This document shows positions 29,025 to 37,684 of a stretch of 37,684 nucleotides of DNA, one piece after another. This DNA is from an uncultured Demequinaceae bacterium (lineage in GTDB: Bacteria > Actinomycetota > Actinomycetes > Actinomycetales > Demequinaceae). Every line of letters starts with the position of its first letter. The stretch's first letter is position 1. The notes beneath the pieces were generated by a model. It saw only the letters and a list, made by a program, of their open reading frames with translations, did not search any database and had not been told where the DNA came from. The stretch lies in contig CAYMRO010000001.1 in assembly GCA_964392875.1 (NCBI GenBank), positions 1-37,684 on the forward strand, written 5' to 3'. The position numbers and the translations under genes are program-made.

Positions 29025-29882
29025 TCAATCAAGGGTGCGACGCGCTCTCGTGAGCTCTGCCCGCGCACCCACCTCGGCATCGGGAGGGTAGACCACCTCT
29101 TCGAGCGTCAACCCATGCGGCTTGGCCACCTTAATCGCGTCGGACCGCCCAAGGGAACTGGCCACCCCCGCGAGCCACTCCTGGTCCCTGCGCCCGTAGC
29201 CCACGGGCAGCAGCGCGCCGATGAGCGCGCGCACCATCGAGTGGCAAAACGCGTCCGCACGCACCGTTGCCACCACGAGGCCCGTATCGGGCCCTTCCGT
29301 GACCCGCGCCCAGCTGAACTCGGTCAGCAGTCGCACCGTAGTTGCGCCATCTCGGGGGCGGCAGAACGGGGCAAAGTCCCTAAGGCCCGTAAGCATGCCC
29401 GACGCTGAGTTCAGTGCGTCAACATCGAGGGCTTTGTCCAGCGCAAGTACGTAACGGCGCGTGAGCGGGTCCACGGCGGTAGCGGAATCGCGAACCCGGT
29501 AGGCATAGCGTCGTTCAAGAGGGCTGAACCGCGCGTCGAAGCCTTCCGGAGCCACATCGACGTGATGCACCCTGATGTCTGCGGGCAACACCCCGTTGAG
29601 GCGCCTGAAGAGCCCCTGCTCCGGCGCCTTTGGCTTGTGACCGGGCATGCGCAGCCACTCTGCGAGCGGCAAGTCAACATGTGCCACCTGGGCACGCGCG
29701 TGAACGCCGGCATCCGTGCGGCCGGCCACGGTGACGCGAATCTGCTCGGCGCGCATGATGCGCGCGAGCGCTCCTTCCAGTTCACCTTGGATGGTGCGCA
29801 GCCCCGGCTGAATGGCCCAGCCGGCAAAATCCGTGCCGTCGTACGCGAAAACGAGACGGGCCCGCACGACTTCATGAGTCAT
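29025..29882 (-). CDS. truA: tRNA pseudouridine(38-40) synthase
   Basis: YDGTDFAGW, AGRTDAGVHA, FDARFS, FCHSMVR. ATG start at 29882. Confidence 0.94.
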   Translation of the reverse strand: MTHEVVRARLVFAYDGTDFAGWAIQPGLRTIQGELEGALARIMRAEQIRVTVAGRTDAGVHARAQVAHVDLPLAEWLRMPGHKPKAPEQGLFRRLNGVLPADIRVHHVDVAPEGFDARFSPLERRYAYRVRDSATAVDPLTRRYVLALDKALDVDALNSASGMLTGLRDFAPFCRPRDGATTVRLLTEFSWARVTEGPDTGLVVATVRADAFCHSMVRALIGALLPVGYGRRDQEWLAGVASSLGRSDAIKVAKPHGLTLEEVVYPPDAEVGARAELTRARRTLD

Positions 29883-29922
29883 GGGGCCCGCCTCGTTCAC
29901 TGGTTTCGCTGATGCGAAGAGA

Positions 29923-30567
29923 TTACTTCTTGTCCTCGTCGGCACCCTCGGCGGGCGCCGCGGCGGCCTCAGGAAGTTCGGAGACCTCCTCGGCGACGTC
30001 CTCAGCACCCTCAGCGGGAGCGTCGGCGTGAGCGCCAGGCTTGGCCTCTTCGGCGATCGTCTCTTCTACAGCCTCGTCGGTGACGGGAGCGGTCTCTTCG
30101 GCAACTTCCTCAGCCACAGCGTCGGCCTTCTTAGGAGCCTTGGCAGCCTTAGGGGCGGCCTTGGAAGCGGCCTTGGACGCCTCCTTGACAACCGCCTTCT
30201 TGGCGGGCGTGCCGAACTCAACGAGCTCGATCACTGCGAGGGGAGCGTTGTCGCCCTTGCGCGCGCCCACCTTGGTGATGCGGGTGTAGCCGCCGTCACG
30301 CTCGGCGTAGCCAGGAGCGATCTCGGTGAAGAGCTTGTGGACTACGCCCTTGTCTGGGATGGTGCCCATGACGCGGCGGCGCGAGGCGAGGTCGCCGCGC
30401 TTGGCGATGGTGATGAGGCGCTCCGCGTGGGGGCGCAGGCGCTTGGCCTTGGTGACCGTGGTGGTGATGCGGCCGTGCTCAAAGAGGCTCTGCGAGAGGT
30501 TCGCCAGGATCTGACGCTCGTGTGCAGGACCGCCGCCGAGACGGGCACCCTTGGTGGGGGTAGGCAT
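29923..30567 (-). CDS. rplQ: 50S ribosomal protein L17 with Ala/Lys then acidic C-terminal tail
   Basis: [26 protein letters not shown]...RKGDNA. Confidence 0.96.
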   Translation of the reverse strand: MPTPTKGARLGGGPAHERQILANLSQSLFEHGRITTTVTKAKRLRPHAERLITIAKRGDLASRRRVMGTIPDKGVVHKLFTEIAPGYAERDGGYTRITKVGARKGDNAPLAVIELVEFGTPAKKAVVKEASKAASKAAPKAAKAPKKADAVAEEVAEETAPVTDEAVEETIAEEAKPGAHADAPAEGAEDVAEEVSELPEAAAAPAEGADEDKK

Positions 30568-30584
30568 TGTTGTACGTTCCTTCT

Positions 30585-31574
30585 TTAGTCTTCGGAGCCG
30601 GAGAAGTAGACACCTGCGGCGGAGCGGTCATAGTCGACAACGCCGTCCTTGAGCGCAAAGCCCAGCTCGGCAAGCTTTTCCTTGACCTCGGTGATGGACT
30701 TCTGGCCAAAGTTGCGAATGTCCATGAGGTCCGCCTCCGAGCGAGCGGTGAGCTCGCCAACGGTGTGGATGCCCTCGCGCTTGAGGCAGTTGTACGAACG
30801 CTGCGTCAGGTTGAGTTCCTCGATGGGCTGGTTGTAGTCCTCCTCGAGCGCCTCGTCGGTGTCCGACGGGCCAATCTCGATGCCCTCTGCGAACTCGTTG
30901 AGGCCCTTGGCCAGCGAGAACAGCTCCACAAGCGTGGAACCGGCAGATGCCACCGCGTCGCGGGGGGTGACGGAGTTCTTGGTCTCCACATCAAGGATCA
31001 GCTCGTCAAAGTCGGTGCGCTGCGCAACACGCGTGGCCTCAACCTTGTAGGTGACCTTGAGAACGGGAGAGTAGATCGAGTCAACGGGAATCTGACCGAT
31101 CTCGGCGTCGTAGCTCTTGTTGAGGGCGGCAGGCACGTAGCCACGTCCACGCTCTACCGTGAGCTCAACCTCAAACTTCGCCTTGGAGTTCAGCGTGGCG
31201 ATGTGCAGGTCAGGGTTGTGTACCTCAACACCGGCGGGAGGAGCGATGTCGGCACCCGTCACGGCGCCAGCACCCGACTTGCGCAGGTAGAGGGACACGG
31301 GCTCGTCGTGCTCGGAGGAGACCACGAGGTTCTTGAGGTTCAGCAGAATCTCGGTGACGTCTTCCTTGACACCGTCGATCGTGGTGAACTCGTGCAGCAC
31401 GCCGTCAAAGCGCACGGACGTGATCGCGGCGCCGGGGATGGACGACAGCAACGTGCGGCGGAGCGAGTTGCCGAGCGTGTAGCCAAAGCCAGGCTCAAGT
31501 GGCTTGAGCGAGAACTGCGAGCGGTTGTCAGAGATGACCTTCTCAGTCAGGGTGGGGCGCTGTGCAATAAGCAC
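30585..31574 (-). CDS. rpoA: RNA polymerase alpha subunit
   Basis: [34 protein letters not shown] 31574 follows GAAAGGA. Confidence 0.97.
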   Translation of the reverse strand: MLIAQRPTLTEKVISDNRSQFSLKPLEPGFGYTLGNSLRRTLLSSIPGAAITSVRFDGVLHEFTTIDGVKEDVTEILLNLKNLVVSSEHDEPVSLYLRKSGAGAVTGADIAPPAGVEVHNPDLHIATLNSKAKFEVELTVERGRGYVPAALNKSYDAEIGQIPVDSIYSPVLKVTYKVEATRVAQRTDFDELILDVETKNSVTPRDAVASAGSTLVELFSLAKGLNEFAEGIEIGPSDTDEALEEDYNQPIEELNLTQRSYNCLKREGIHTVGELTARSEADLMDIRNFGQKSITEVKEKLAELGFALKDGVVDYDRSAAGVYFSGSED

Positions 31575-31754
31575 GGTTCTTTCCTTTCCGAGCATCCACT
31601 ATTTGATGCTCGAGGGTCCGGCGGCGCTCGCCGTCGGGGTAGATATGAAGTTTGGGGGCTACTGGCAAGTGCCCGACGCTGTGGTGGCCACAGCGTCGGA
31701 CCTCACCTTGCGACCGGTGGGGCCGCGGCAAAGCTAGTTGTGAAGGCGCTGCGC

Positions 31755-32144
31755 CTAGTTGCGACGACGCTTTGGCGGGCGGCAACCGTTGTGTGCCTGC
31801 GGGGTGACGTCCTTGATGGAGGTCACTTCGAGGCCAGCGGCCGTGAGCGAGCGGATCGCGGTGTCGCGACCGGAGCCCGGTCCCTTGACGAACACGTCGA
31901 CCTTGGTCATGCCAGCATCCTGGGCGCGGCGAGCCGCGGCCTCTGCTGCCATCTGGGCGGCGTAGGGCGTGGACTTGCGCGAACCCTTGAAGCCAACCTG
32001 GCCGGAAGACGACCAGGACACCACGGCGCCCGAGGGGTCCGTGATGGAGATGATCGTGTTGTTGAACGTGGACTTGATGTGCGCCTGACCGTGAGCAACG
32101 GTCTTCTTGATCTTCTTGCGCGGCTTGCGAACGGGAGCAGCCAT
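31755..32144 (-). CDS. rpsK: 30S ribosomal protein S11
   Basis: [31 protein letters not shown]. Confidence 0.97.
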   Translation of the reverse strand: MAAPVRKPRKKIKKTVAHGQAHIKSTFNNTIISITDPSGAVVSWSSSGQVGFKGSRKSTPYAAQMAAEAAARRAQDAGMTKVDVFVKGPGSGRDTAIRSLTAAGLEVTSIKDVTPQAHNGCRPPKRRRN

Positions 32145-32147
32145 GGC

Positions 32148-32516
32148 TTACTTCTTCCTTCCGGCGACGGTCTTCTTGGGTCCCTTGCGGGTGCGCGCGT
32201 TGGTCTTGGTGCGCTGACCGCGAACCGGCATGCCACGACGGTGGCGCAGGCCCTGGTAGTTGCCGATTTCAACCTTGCGGCGGATGTCAGCCTGAACCTC
32301 GCGGCGCAAGTCACCCTCAACGGTGAAGCTCGCCTCGATGAAGTCACGGAGAGCAACAAGCTGCTCGTCCGTGGCGTCCTTGACGCGCAGGTCAGGGCTG
32401 ATGCCGGTGGCTGCCAAGATCTGCTGTGAACGGGTACGGCCAATGCCGTAGATGTAAGTGAGCGCGATTTCCATGCGCTTTTCGCGCGGAATATCGACGC
32501 CGACGATGCGTGCCAT
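32148..32516 (-). CDS. rpsM: 30S ribosomal protein S13
   Basis: [34 protein letters not shown]. Confidence 0.97.
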   Translation of the reverse strand: MARIVGVDIPREKRMEIALTYIYGIGRTRSQQILAATGISPDLRVKDATDEQLVALRDFIEASFTVEGDLRREVQADIRRKVEIGNYQGLRHRRGMPVRGQRTKTNARTRKGPKKTVAGRKK

Positions 32517-32644
32517 ATCTTCTTCTGATCTCCATCAGTAATCGAAGGTCTGACGCTCAGGCTTCCCGCTTATGGTCTGTTGTGCGGGCCTCGGCCTTCG
32601 AACCGAGGGTGACTGCGTTGCCTGAACGAGGTCTATTTATTTGT

Positions 32645-32758
32645 CTAGCCTTGACGCTGCTTGTGGCGCAGGTTTTCGCAGATGACCATAACTCGGCCGT
32701 TACGACGAATCACCTTGCACTTGTCGCAGATGGGCTTGACGCTGGGCTTAACCTTCAT
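32645..32758 (-). CDS. rpmJ: 50S ribosomal protein L36 (Zn-ribbon type; absent from ORF track)
   Basis: Manual translation [37 protein letters not shown]. Confidence 0.97.
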   Translation of the reverse strand: MKVKPSVKPICDKCKVIRRNGRVMVICENLRHKQRQG

Positions 32759-32767
32759 GGTTCTTTC

Positions 32768-32989
32768 TTACTTGTAGCGGTAGACGATGCGGCCGCGTGA
32801 AAGGTCATATGGACTGAGCTCCACCACCACGCGGTCCTCTGGGAGGATCCTGATGTAGTGCTGACGCATCTTTCCTGAGATGTGAGCGAGGACGAGGTGA
32901 CCGTTCGTCAGTTCCACACGGAATGACGCGTTCGGCAATGCCTCAACCACGGTGCCCTCAACCTCGATGACGCCGTCCTTCTTGGCCAT
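32768..32989 (-). CDS. infA: Translation initiation factor IF-1
   Basis: [12 protein letters not shown]...[38 protein letters not shown]. Confidence 0.97.
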   Translation of the reverse strand: MAKKDGVIEVEGTVVEALPNASFRVELTNGHLVLAHISGKMRQHYIRILPEDRVVVELSPYDLSRGRIVYRYK

Positions 32990-33045
32990 GACTCCACTAA
33001 CGTTGTTGGTTGGGAATGTGGGCGCGCAAAAACGCCCGACCGACA

Positions 33046-33074
33046 ACTATACGGCACTTTGGGGCCCCGCTCAA
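33046..33074 (-). promoter_or_regulatory. Putative infA promoter
   Basis: TTGAGC-N17-TATAGT. Confidence 0.6.
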
Positions 33075-33093
33075 GCCGCCTTTTAGAGCAAGG

Positions 33094-33399
33094 TCACAGG
33101 TAGATGCCGCGAAGCCGCTCTTCGGCGGCGGTGGCCACTTGTTGCGTGTGGTGATCTGCCAGGTTGCGCACTACTGAGGACGGCGTGCGCGGATTCGAAA
33201 TAACCGCGAGCAGCACCTCTGCGCGGTGGTCGTGCCCCAGCGAGATGAGCGCTCCCGCGGGACAATCCATGCGGCGCGCCACCGCGGCCCGCACCGCCGG
33301 CTCACGGTGAACGGCGAGTGACAAGAGTTCCGTGGACGTCACGTCCTCGATTTTGGCGCGCTCAAGCGCTACCTGCAGATCTTCTGTTGAGATAGTCAC
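33094..33399 (-). CDS. Small LRV/HEAT-like helical repeat protein
   Basis: About 24-aa repeats of the form L....VR.AVA.(N/R)P..P. GGGGAGG RBS before the GTG. Confidence 0.7.
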   Translation of the reverse strand: MTISTEDLQVALERAKIEDVTSTELLSLAVHREPAVRAAVARRMDCPAGALISLGHDHRAEVLLAVISNPRTPSSVVRNLADHHTQQVATAAEERLRGIYL

Positions 33400-33468
33400 G
33401 ACCCAACCTCCCCTTGGGCCGCCGTTGGCCCGTTTCCTCAGCCTAGCGCGATTGGCATGCGCGGTGCG

Positions 33469-34077
33469 TTAGGTCTTGGGCTTAAATCCCCGCACCGGGG
33501 CGGTCCGGGTGGGGGCGGGGGCGCCCGGTGTGGAGTGAGGCGCGAAGATTTGCGCCACGGCGGGCGGGGCTGGTTGGGGTGGCACCGGTGCTGGTATTTG
33601 GTCCGACGCTGGGGCTGGGTACCCCGGCAACGGCACCACGTGCTCCGCCAGTTCCGGCGTGTGCACGTCTTCCCTTGCGGGTATCGCCGGAGCGGGGTCG
33701 TCGAGACGCGCCGCGGCCGCCGCTCTCACCGCCGCCTTCTTGTGAAACGCCAGTGCCTCCACCATCTCCGGTGGCAGCGCAGGGTTCGCGAGCAGTGCGA
33801 TCAGCACGTCCATGGAGTGGTCGGTAGAGAGGTACGCCATGACGGTGCGCTGCGCGCTGGGGTTGCTCGCAACCTGTGCACGCACCTCGGGTGAGTGGTC
33901 GTGCGCGAGGGTGACCATGAGGCCCAATGGACAGTCCCGGCGTGAGGCGATGGTGGCGCGCACTAGGGTGTTGCGGCTGGATCCCAGCACCATAATGTGC
34001 GCCCGGTTGAGGTCTGGCTGCAGCGCCACTTGCACCTCGGCGCTTGCGCCGGGCGCGTAGTTGAATCCGCGTGCCAT
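33469..34077 (-). CDS. LRV/HEAT-like repeat protein with Pro-rich C-terminal tail
   Basis: Four to five repeats of about 24 aa (LAHDHSPEVRAQVASNP, LSTDHSMDVLIALLANP) followed by a Pro/Ala-rich tail. Confidence 0.72.
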   Translation of the reverse strand: MARGFNYAPGASAEVQVALQPDLNRAHIMVLGSSRNTLVRATIASRRDCPLGLMVTLAHDHSPEVRAQVASNPSAQRTVMAYLSTDHSMDVLIALLANPALPPEMVEALAFHKKAAVRAAAAARLDDPAPAIPAREDVHTPELAEHVVPLPGYPAPASDQIPAPVPPQPAPPAVAQIFAPHSTPGAPAPTRTAPVRGFKPKT

Positions 34078-34210
34078 GTCCGCCCCAAACTCGGACCCAG
34101 GGAGGTCCGTTGCAGTCTGGAGACTATTGGCGAACCGTTTCGACCGCCGTCATGGCAGGTAACAGCCGTGTTAACAGTGCTGCGGGTGTGAAGAACCCGA
34201 CACCAGGGTG

Positions 34211-35017
34211 TTACCCAACGGGAACGGGGACAACACCAAACGATCGGAGGCCCTCAGCCCCACCGTCGGACGCCGTCAGCACCCAGATGCCGTTGGCGTG
34301 CACCGCAACCGAATGCTCCCAGTGCGCGGCGCGAGAGCCGTCCGCCGATACGACCGTCCAATCGTCCGCGAGCACGCGCGTCTGGGAGGTGCCGCGCTGG
34401 AACATCGGCTCGATGGCCACACACAAGCCCGGCCGCACCTTCGCAAGCCTGCCGCGCACCCGGTAGTTGAGGACATCGGGCTCCTGATGCATCGCGGTGC
34501 CAATGCCGTGCCCGACGTAGCCATCGATGGGGTGCAGGCCCGCAGCATTAGCAACGTCCTCAACCGCCTCACCCACGTCGTTGAGGCGCGCGGCTGTGGA
34601 CAGCGCGGCGATGCCAGCCCACAGCGCCGTTCGCGTGGCGTCGCTCAAGGCGACGTCGGCTGGATCGGGGTTGTTGCCCAGCACCACGGTGATGGCGCTA
34701 TCGCCGTGCCATCCGTCAACAACGGCACCGCAATCTATCGAGACCACATCCCCATCGCTCAGCACTCGCTTGCCGGGGATCCCGTGCACCACCTCGTCAT
34801 TGACTGACACACAGGAACTGGCGGGGAAGCCGTGGTAGCCAAGGAAGTTGGACGTAGCGCCCGCCTCCGCGATCACCCGCGCGGCGGCTGCGTCCACATC
34901 TGCGGTGGTGGCGCCTATCACGGCCGCCTCGCGTGCCGCGGCGAGCGCGGCCTCAACCACCACACCCGCGCGCGCCATGATGCGCATCTGGTCTGGTGTC
35001 TTGTACTCAATGCCCAT
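34211..35017 (-). CDS. map: Type I methionine aminopeptidase
   Basis: SVNDEVVHGIP, IDCG...GWHGDSA, GHGIG, IEPM, AHWEH. Confidence 0.95.
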   Translation of the reverse strand: MGIEYKTPDQMRIMARAGVVVEAALAAAREAAVIGATTADVDAAAARVIAEAGATSNFLGYHGFPASSCVSVNDEVVHGIPGKRVLSDGDVVSIDCGAVVDGWHGDSAITVVLGNNPDPADVALSDATRTALWAGIAALSTAARLNDVGEAVEDVANAAGLHPIDGYVGHGIGTAMHQEPDVLNYRVRGRLAKVRPGLCVAIEPMFQRGTSQTRVLADDWTVVSADGSRAAHWEHSVAVHANGIWVLTASDGGAEGLRSFGVVPVPVG

Positions 35018-35045
35018 CAGGCGACGCTCACTCGAACTGTGGTTG

Positions 35046-35606
35046 TTAGGAAAGTGCGGCGATGATTCGCGCGGTCACTTCGTCAATCTCGCCAAGGCCG
35101 TCCACCTGCACCAGCAGGCCGCGGCCGTCATAGAACGCGGTGAGTGGTGCCGTCTGCTCTGCATAGACCTCGAGGCGAGTGCGGATCACGTCTTCCGTGT
35201 CATCCGCGCGGCCCTCAATCGACGCTCGCTTCAGAATGCGCTTGGTGACCTCGTCCATGTCGGCCGTAAGCTCCACCACCGCGTCAAGGCTCACATCGAG
35301 CGCTGCGAGCATCGCGTCCAGCTCAACCGCCTGGTCCGGATTGCGAGGGTAACCATCGAGCAAAAACCCAGCCGCAGCGTCGGGCTGGGACAAGCGATCC
35401 CGCACCATGGCATTGGTGACCGAATCCGGAACCAACCCACCCGCGTGCATGATTTCCTGCACCTGCTTGCCCAGTTCCGTGCCGCCCTTGACGTTGGCGC
35501 GGAAGATGTCCCCGGTGGAAATTGCCGGAATCCCAAAATGGGTGGCGAGGCGCGCGGCTTGCGTGCCCTTTCCTGCACCGGGGGGGCCCAGAAGGATCGT
35601 CCGCAT
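35046..35606 (-). CDS. adk: Adenylate kinase (short LID)
   Basis: [23 protein letters not shown]. Confidence 0.96.
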   Translation of the reverse strand: MRTILLGPPGAGKGTQAARLATHFGIPAISTGDIFRANVKGGTELGKQVQEIMHAGGLVPDSVTNAMVRDRLSQPDAAAGFLLDGYPRNPDQAVELDAMLAALDVSLDAVVELTADMDEVTKRILKRASIEGRADDTEDVIRTRLEVYAEQTAPLTAFYDGRGLLVQVDGLGEIDEVTARIIAALS

Positions 35607-36904
35607 TACTTGAGGAATCCTTCGTAGTGCCGCTGCTCAAGTTGCGACTGGATGCGCTTGACGGTGTCGAGTCCAACGCCAACCAGAATCAGGATCGAGG
35701 TTCCACCGAACGGAATGTTGGTGTTCACCCCCATCGCCACGAAGGCGAGCATGGGCGCCAGCGCCACGAGGGCCAGATAGATGGAACCGGCCGCGGTGAT
35801 GCGCGAGAGCACGTACGAGAGGAAGTCGGCCGTTGGCTTGCCTGGGCGAATGCCGGGGATGAAGCCGCCGTACTTCTTCATGTCGTCTGACACCTGATCA
35901 GGGTTGAACGTGATGGCGGTGTAGAAGTACGCGAAGAACACGATCAGCAAGACGTACAGCAGCATGTGCAGCGGCTGCGAGGTAGATGCGATGTTGTTCT
36001 GCATCCAGGCGATCCAGCCTGGCGGGTCATCGCCGGCGAACTGGGCGATCACCATGGGCAGCGTCAGCAAGGACGACGCGAAGATGACGGGGATAACACC
36101 AGCCATGTTGATCTTGAGCGGGATGTAGGTGCTCGAGCCGCCGAGCGTCCGCCGGCCAACCACGCGCTTGGCATACTGCACGGGAATTCGCCGCTGACTC
36201 TGCTCAACGAACACCACCACAGCGACCACGGCAAGCACCAGCAACGCGAGTAGCAAGGTGTTCGTGGGGCCGTTCGACGAGCGCCAGATGGAACCGATGT
36301 TCGCAGGGAAGGCCGCCGCAATGGACAGGAAGATCAACAGCGACATGCCGTTGCCAACGCCGCGTTCGGTGATGCGCTCTCCAAGCCACATCACGAAGAC
36401 GGTGCCGGCGGTCATGACGAGCACCATCATCGAGATGGTCTGCCATGACTCGTCGGGAACAATTGGGTACGCACAGCCCGGGAAGAATTGTCCGCTGCGT
36501 GCGAGAGTCACGTACGAGGCGGACTGCAGAGCTGCAAAGCCCACCGTGATGTAGCGCGTGTACTGGGTCAGCTTTTCCTGACCCTCCTGGCCTTCGCGGT
36601 AGAGCGTCTCGAAGCGCGGAATGAGTACGCGCAAGAGCTGCACGATGATCGACGCCGTGATGTACGGCATGATCCCGAGCGCAAAGAGCGACAAGTGCAG
36701 CAGCGCGCCACCTGCGAACAGGTTGAGGATGTCAAAGGCGGAGTTGCTGGAGGTGGTCTTTGCACACTCCTGAACAGCTGCGTAGTCCACGCCGGGTGTG
36801 GGGATAGCCACACCGAGGCGGTAGACCGCAAGGATGCCGAGGGTCAGCAGCAGCTTCTTGCGCAGGTCCGGCGTGCGGAATGCACTGATGAAACCGCTGA
36901 ACAT
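35606..36904 (-). CDS. secY: Preprotein translocase subunit SecY
   Basis: [49 protein letters not shown] 36904 follows GGAGG. Confidence 0.97.
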   Translation of the reverse strand: MFSGFISAFRTPDLRKKLLLTLGILAVYRLGVAIPTPGVDYAAVQECAKTTSSNSAFDILNLFAGGALLHLSLFALGIMPYITASIIVQLLRVLIPRFETLYREGQEGQEKLTQYTRYITVGFAALQSASYVTLARSGQFFPGCAYPIVPDESWQTISMMVLVMTAGTVFVMWLGERITERGVGNGMSLLIFLSIAAAFPANIGSIWRSSNGPTNTLLLALLVLAVVAVVVFVEQSQRRIPVQYAKRVVGRRTLGGSSTYIPLKINMAGVIPVIFASSLLTLPMVIAQFAGDDPPGWIAWMQNNIASTSQPLHMLLYVLLIVFFAYFYTAITFNPDQVSDDMKKYGGFIPGIRPGKPTADFLSYVLSRITAAGSIYLALVALAPMLAFVAMGVNTNIPFGGTSILILVGVGLDTVKRIQSQLEQRHYEGFLK

Positions 36905-36940
36905 CAATCCTCCAGTTGTGGGGGCCGGTTAGTGCCGGAA

Positions 36941-36970
36941 CGGGTCCGTCCCATCGTTGGGGCGGACCCG
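36941..36970. terminator. Strong hairpin between rplO and secY
   Basis: CGGGTCCGTCCCA-tcgt-TGGGGCGGACCCG, no U tract. Confidence 0.5.
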
Positions 36971-36980
36971 AGTTCCGACT

Positions 36981-37684
36981 CTAGCCCTCGTTGACCGCGC
37001 CGCCCGCGGCTTCGATCTTGGTCTTCGCTGACTGCGAAACGCGGTCTGCGTCAACAATGGTCACCTTGACGGAAATGTCGCCGTCGCCCAGCACCTTTAC
37101 AGGCTGGTTCTTGCGCACGGCGCCCTTCGCAACGAGGTCGGCCTTCGTTACCTTGCCGCCCTTGGGGAACAGCTCGTTGAGCTGCGCCACATTGACAACC
37201 TGGAATTCAACCTTGAACGGGCTCTTGAAGCCACGAAGCTTGGGAATGCGCATGTGGATGGGCGTCTGACCACCCTCAAAGTTCGCGGGCACCTGGTAGC
37301 GGGCGCCTGTTCCCTTGGTTCCACGTCCGGCCGTCTTGCCGCGCTTGCCGCCCTCACCACGACCCACACGGATCTTCTTAGCGTGAGCGCCCGTTGCGGG
37401 ACGCAAGTGGTGAAGCTTGAGCGTCGAGACCTTCTCCTCGCCCGTAGCGGGCTTGGCGGCAGTCTTCTTGGCGGCAGGCTTACTAGCGGCCGACGCTGCG
37501 GCAGCAGGAGCCTTGGCAGCTGGCTTCTCGGCGGCCTTGTCGGCAACCTTGGCAGCAGCAGCCTTGGGCTCGGCCTTGGCGGCAGCGGCCTTTTCAGCGG
37601 CGGGCTTCTTGGCAGCAGCAGCCTTGGGAGCGGCAGCGGCCTTTTCAGCGGCGGGCTTCTTGGCAGCAGCAGCCTTGGGAGCGG
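36981..37684 (-). CDS. rplO: 50S ribosomal protein L15 with long Ala/Lys/Pro N-terminal extension (5' end outside window)
   Basis: [33 protein letters not shown]. The frame stays open to the window edge. Confidence 0.93.
   Translation of the reverse strand, partial: APKAAAAKKPAAEKAAAAPKAAAAKKPAAEKAAAAKAEPKAAAAKVADKAAEKPAAKAPAAAASAASKPAAKKTAAKPATGEEKVSTLKLHHLRPATGAHAKKIRVGRGEGGKRGKTAGRGTKGTGARYQVPANFEGGQTPIHMRIPKLRGFKSPFKVEFQVVNVAQLNELFPKGGKVTKADLVAKGAVRKNQPVKVLGDGDISVKVTIVDADRVSQSAKTKIEAAGGAVNEG
37580..37684 (-). repeat. 51-bp in-frame tandem repeat in the rplO extension
   Basis: Period 51, encodes [17 protein letters not shown] twice and may continue past the window edge. Confidence 0.85.

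Noticed and set aside
30567-32429. 620-aa plus-strand ORF and other long antisense ORFs (e.g. 2358-3629, 9618-10934, 27923-28924)
   Set aside because: Shadow frames opposite well-conserved genes, expected from high-GC codon bias, with no recognisable motifs.
34110-34165. c-di-GMP riboswitch or sigma28 promoter upstream of the LRV genes
   Set aside because: A GAAA-containing stem and GCCAATAG are present, but the GCAAA elements and a properly spaced TAAA -35 are missing.

Overview
High-GC actinobacterial chromosome segment. Gene order and sequence style suggest Micrococcales, possibly a Demequina/Cellulomonas relative (inference). Most of it is the conserved minus-strand backbone rplO-secY-adk-map-infA-rpmJ-rpsM-rpsK-rpoA-rplQ-truA-rplM-rpsI-glmM-(coaA)-glmS-acpS-alr-tsaE-tsaB-rimI-tsaD ... 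groES-(whiB3)-guaB ... guaB3. The most notable accessory element is a fully translationally coupled five-gene operon at 4381-8330. It encodes a small Sec-secreted Gly/Ser/Thr-rich two-cysteine protein, a four-Cys lipoprotein, a peptidoglycan-binding adaptor, a MacB/LolD-type ATPase and an FtsX-type permease, behind a promoter containing a LacI-type palindrome. It is a candidate new bacteriocin-like or surface-fibre export/immunity system. Other items: a pair of paralogous LRV/HEAT-repeat genes inserted between map and infA, a duplicated 108-bp REP-like hairpin element, RosR-like twin operators, a perfect CIRCE, a PafBC-like promoter, a candidate pseudoknot leader ahead of rpsM, many leaderless genes and a histone-like N-terminal extension on L15. 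No rRNA, tRNA, CRISPR array or transposase was recognised. Several start codons were re-assigned relative to the ORF track.
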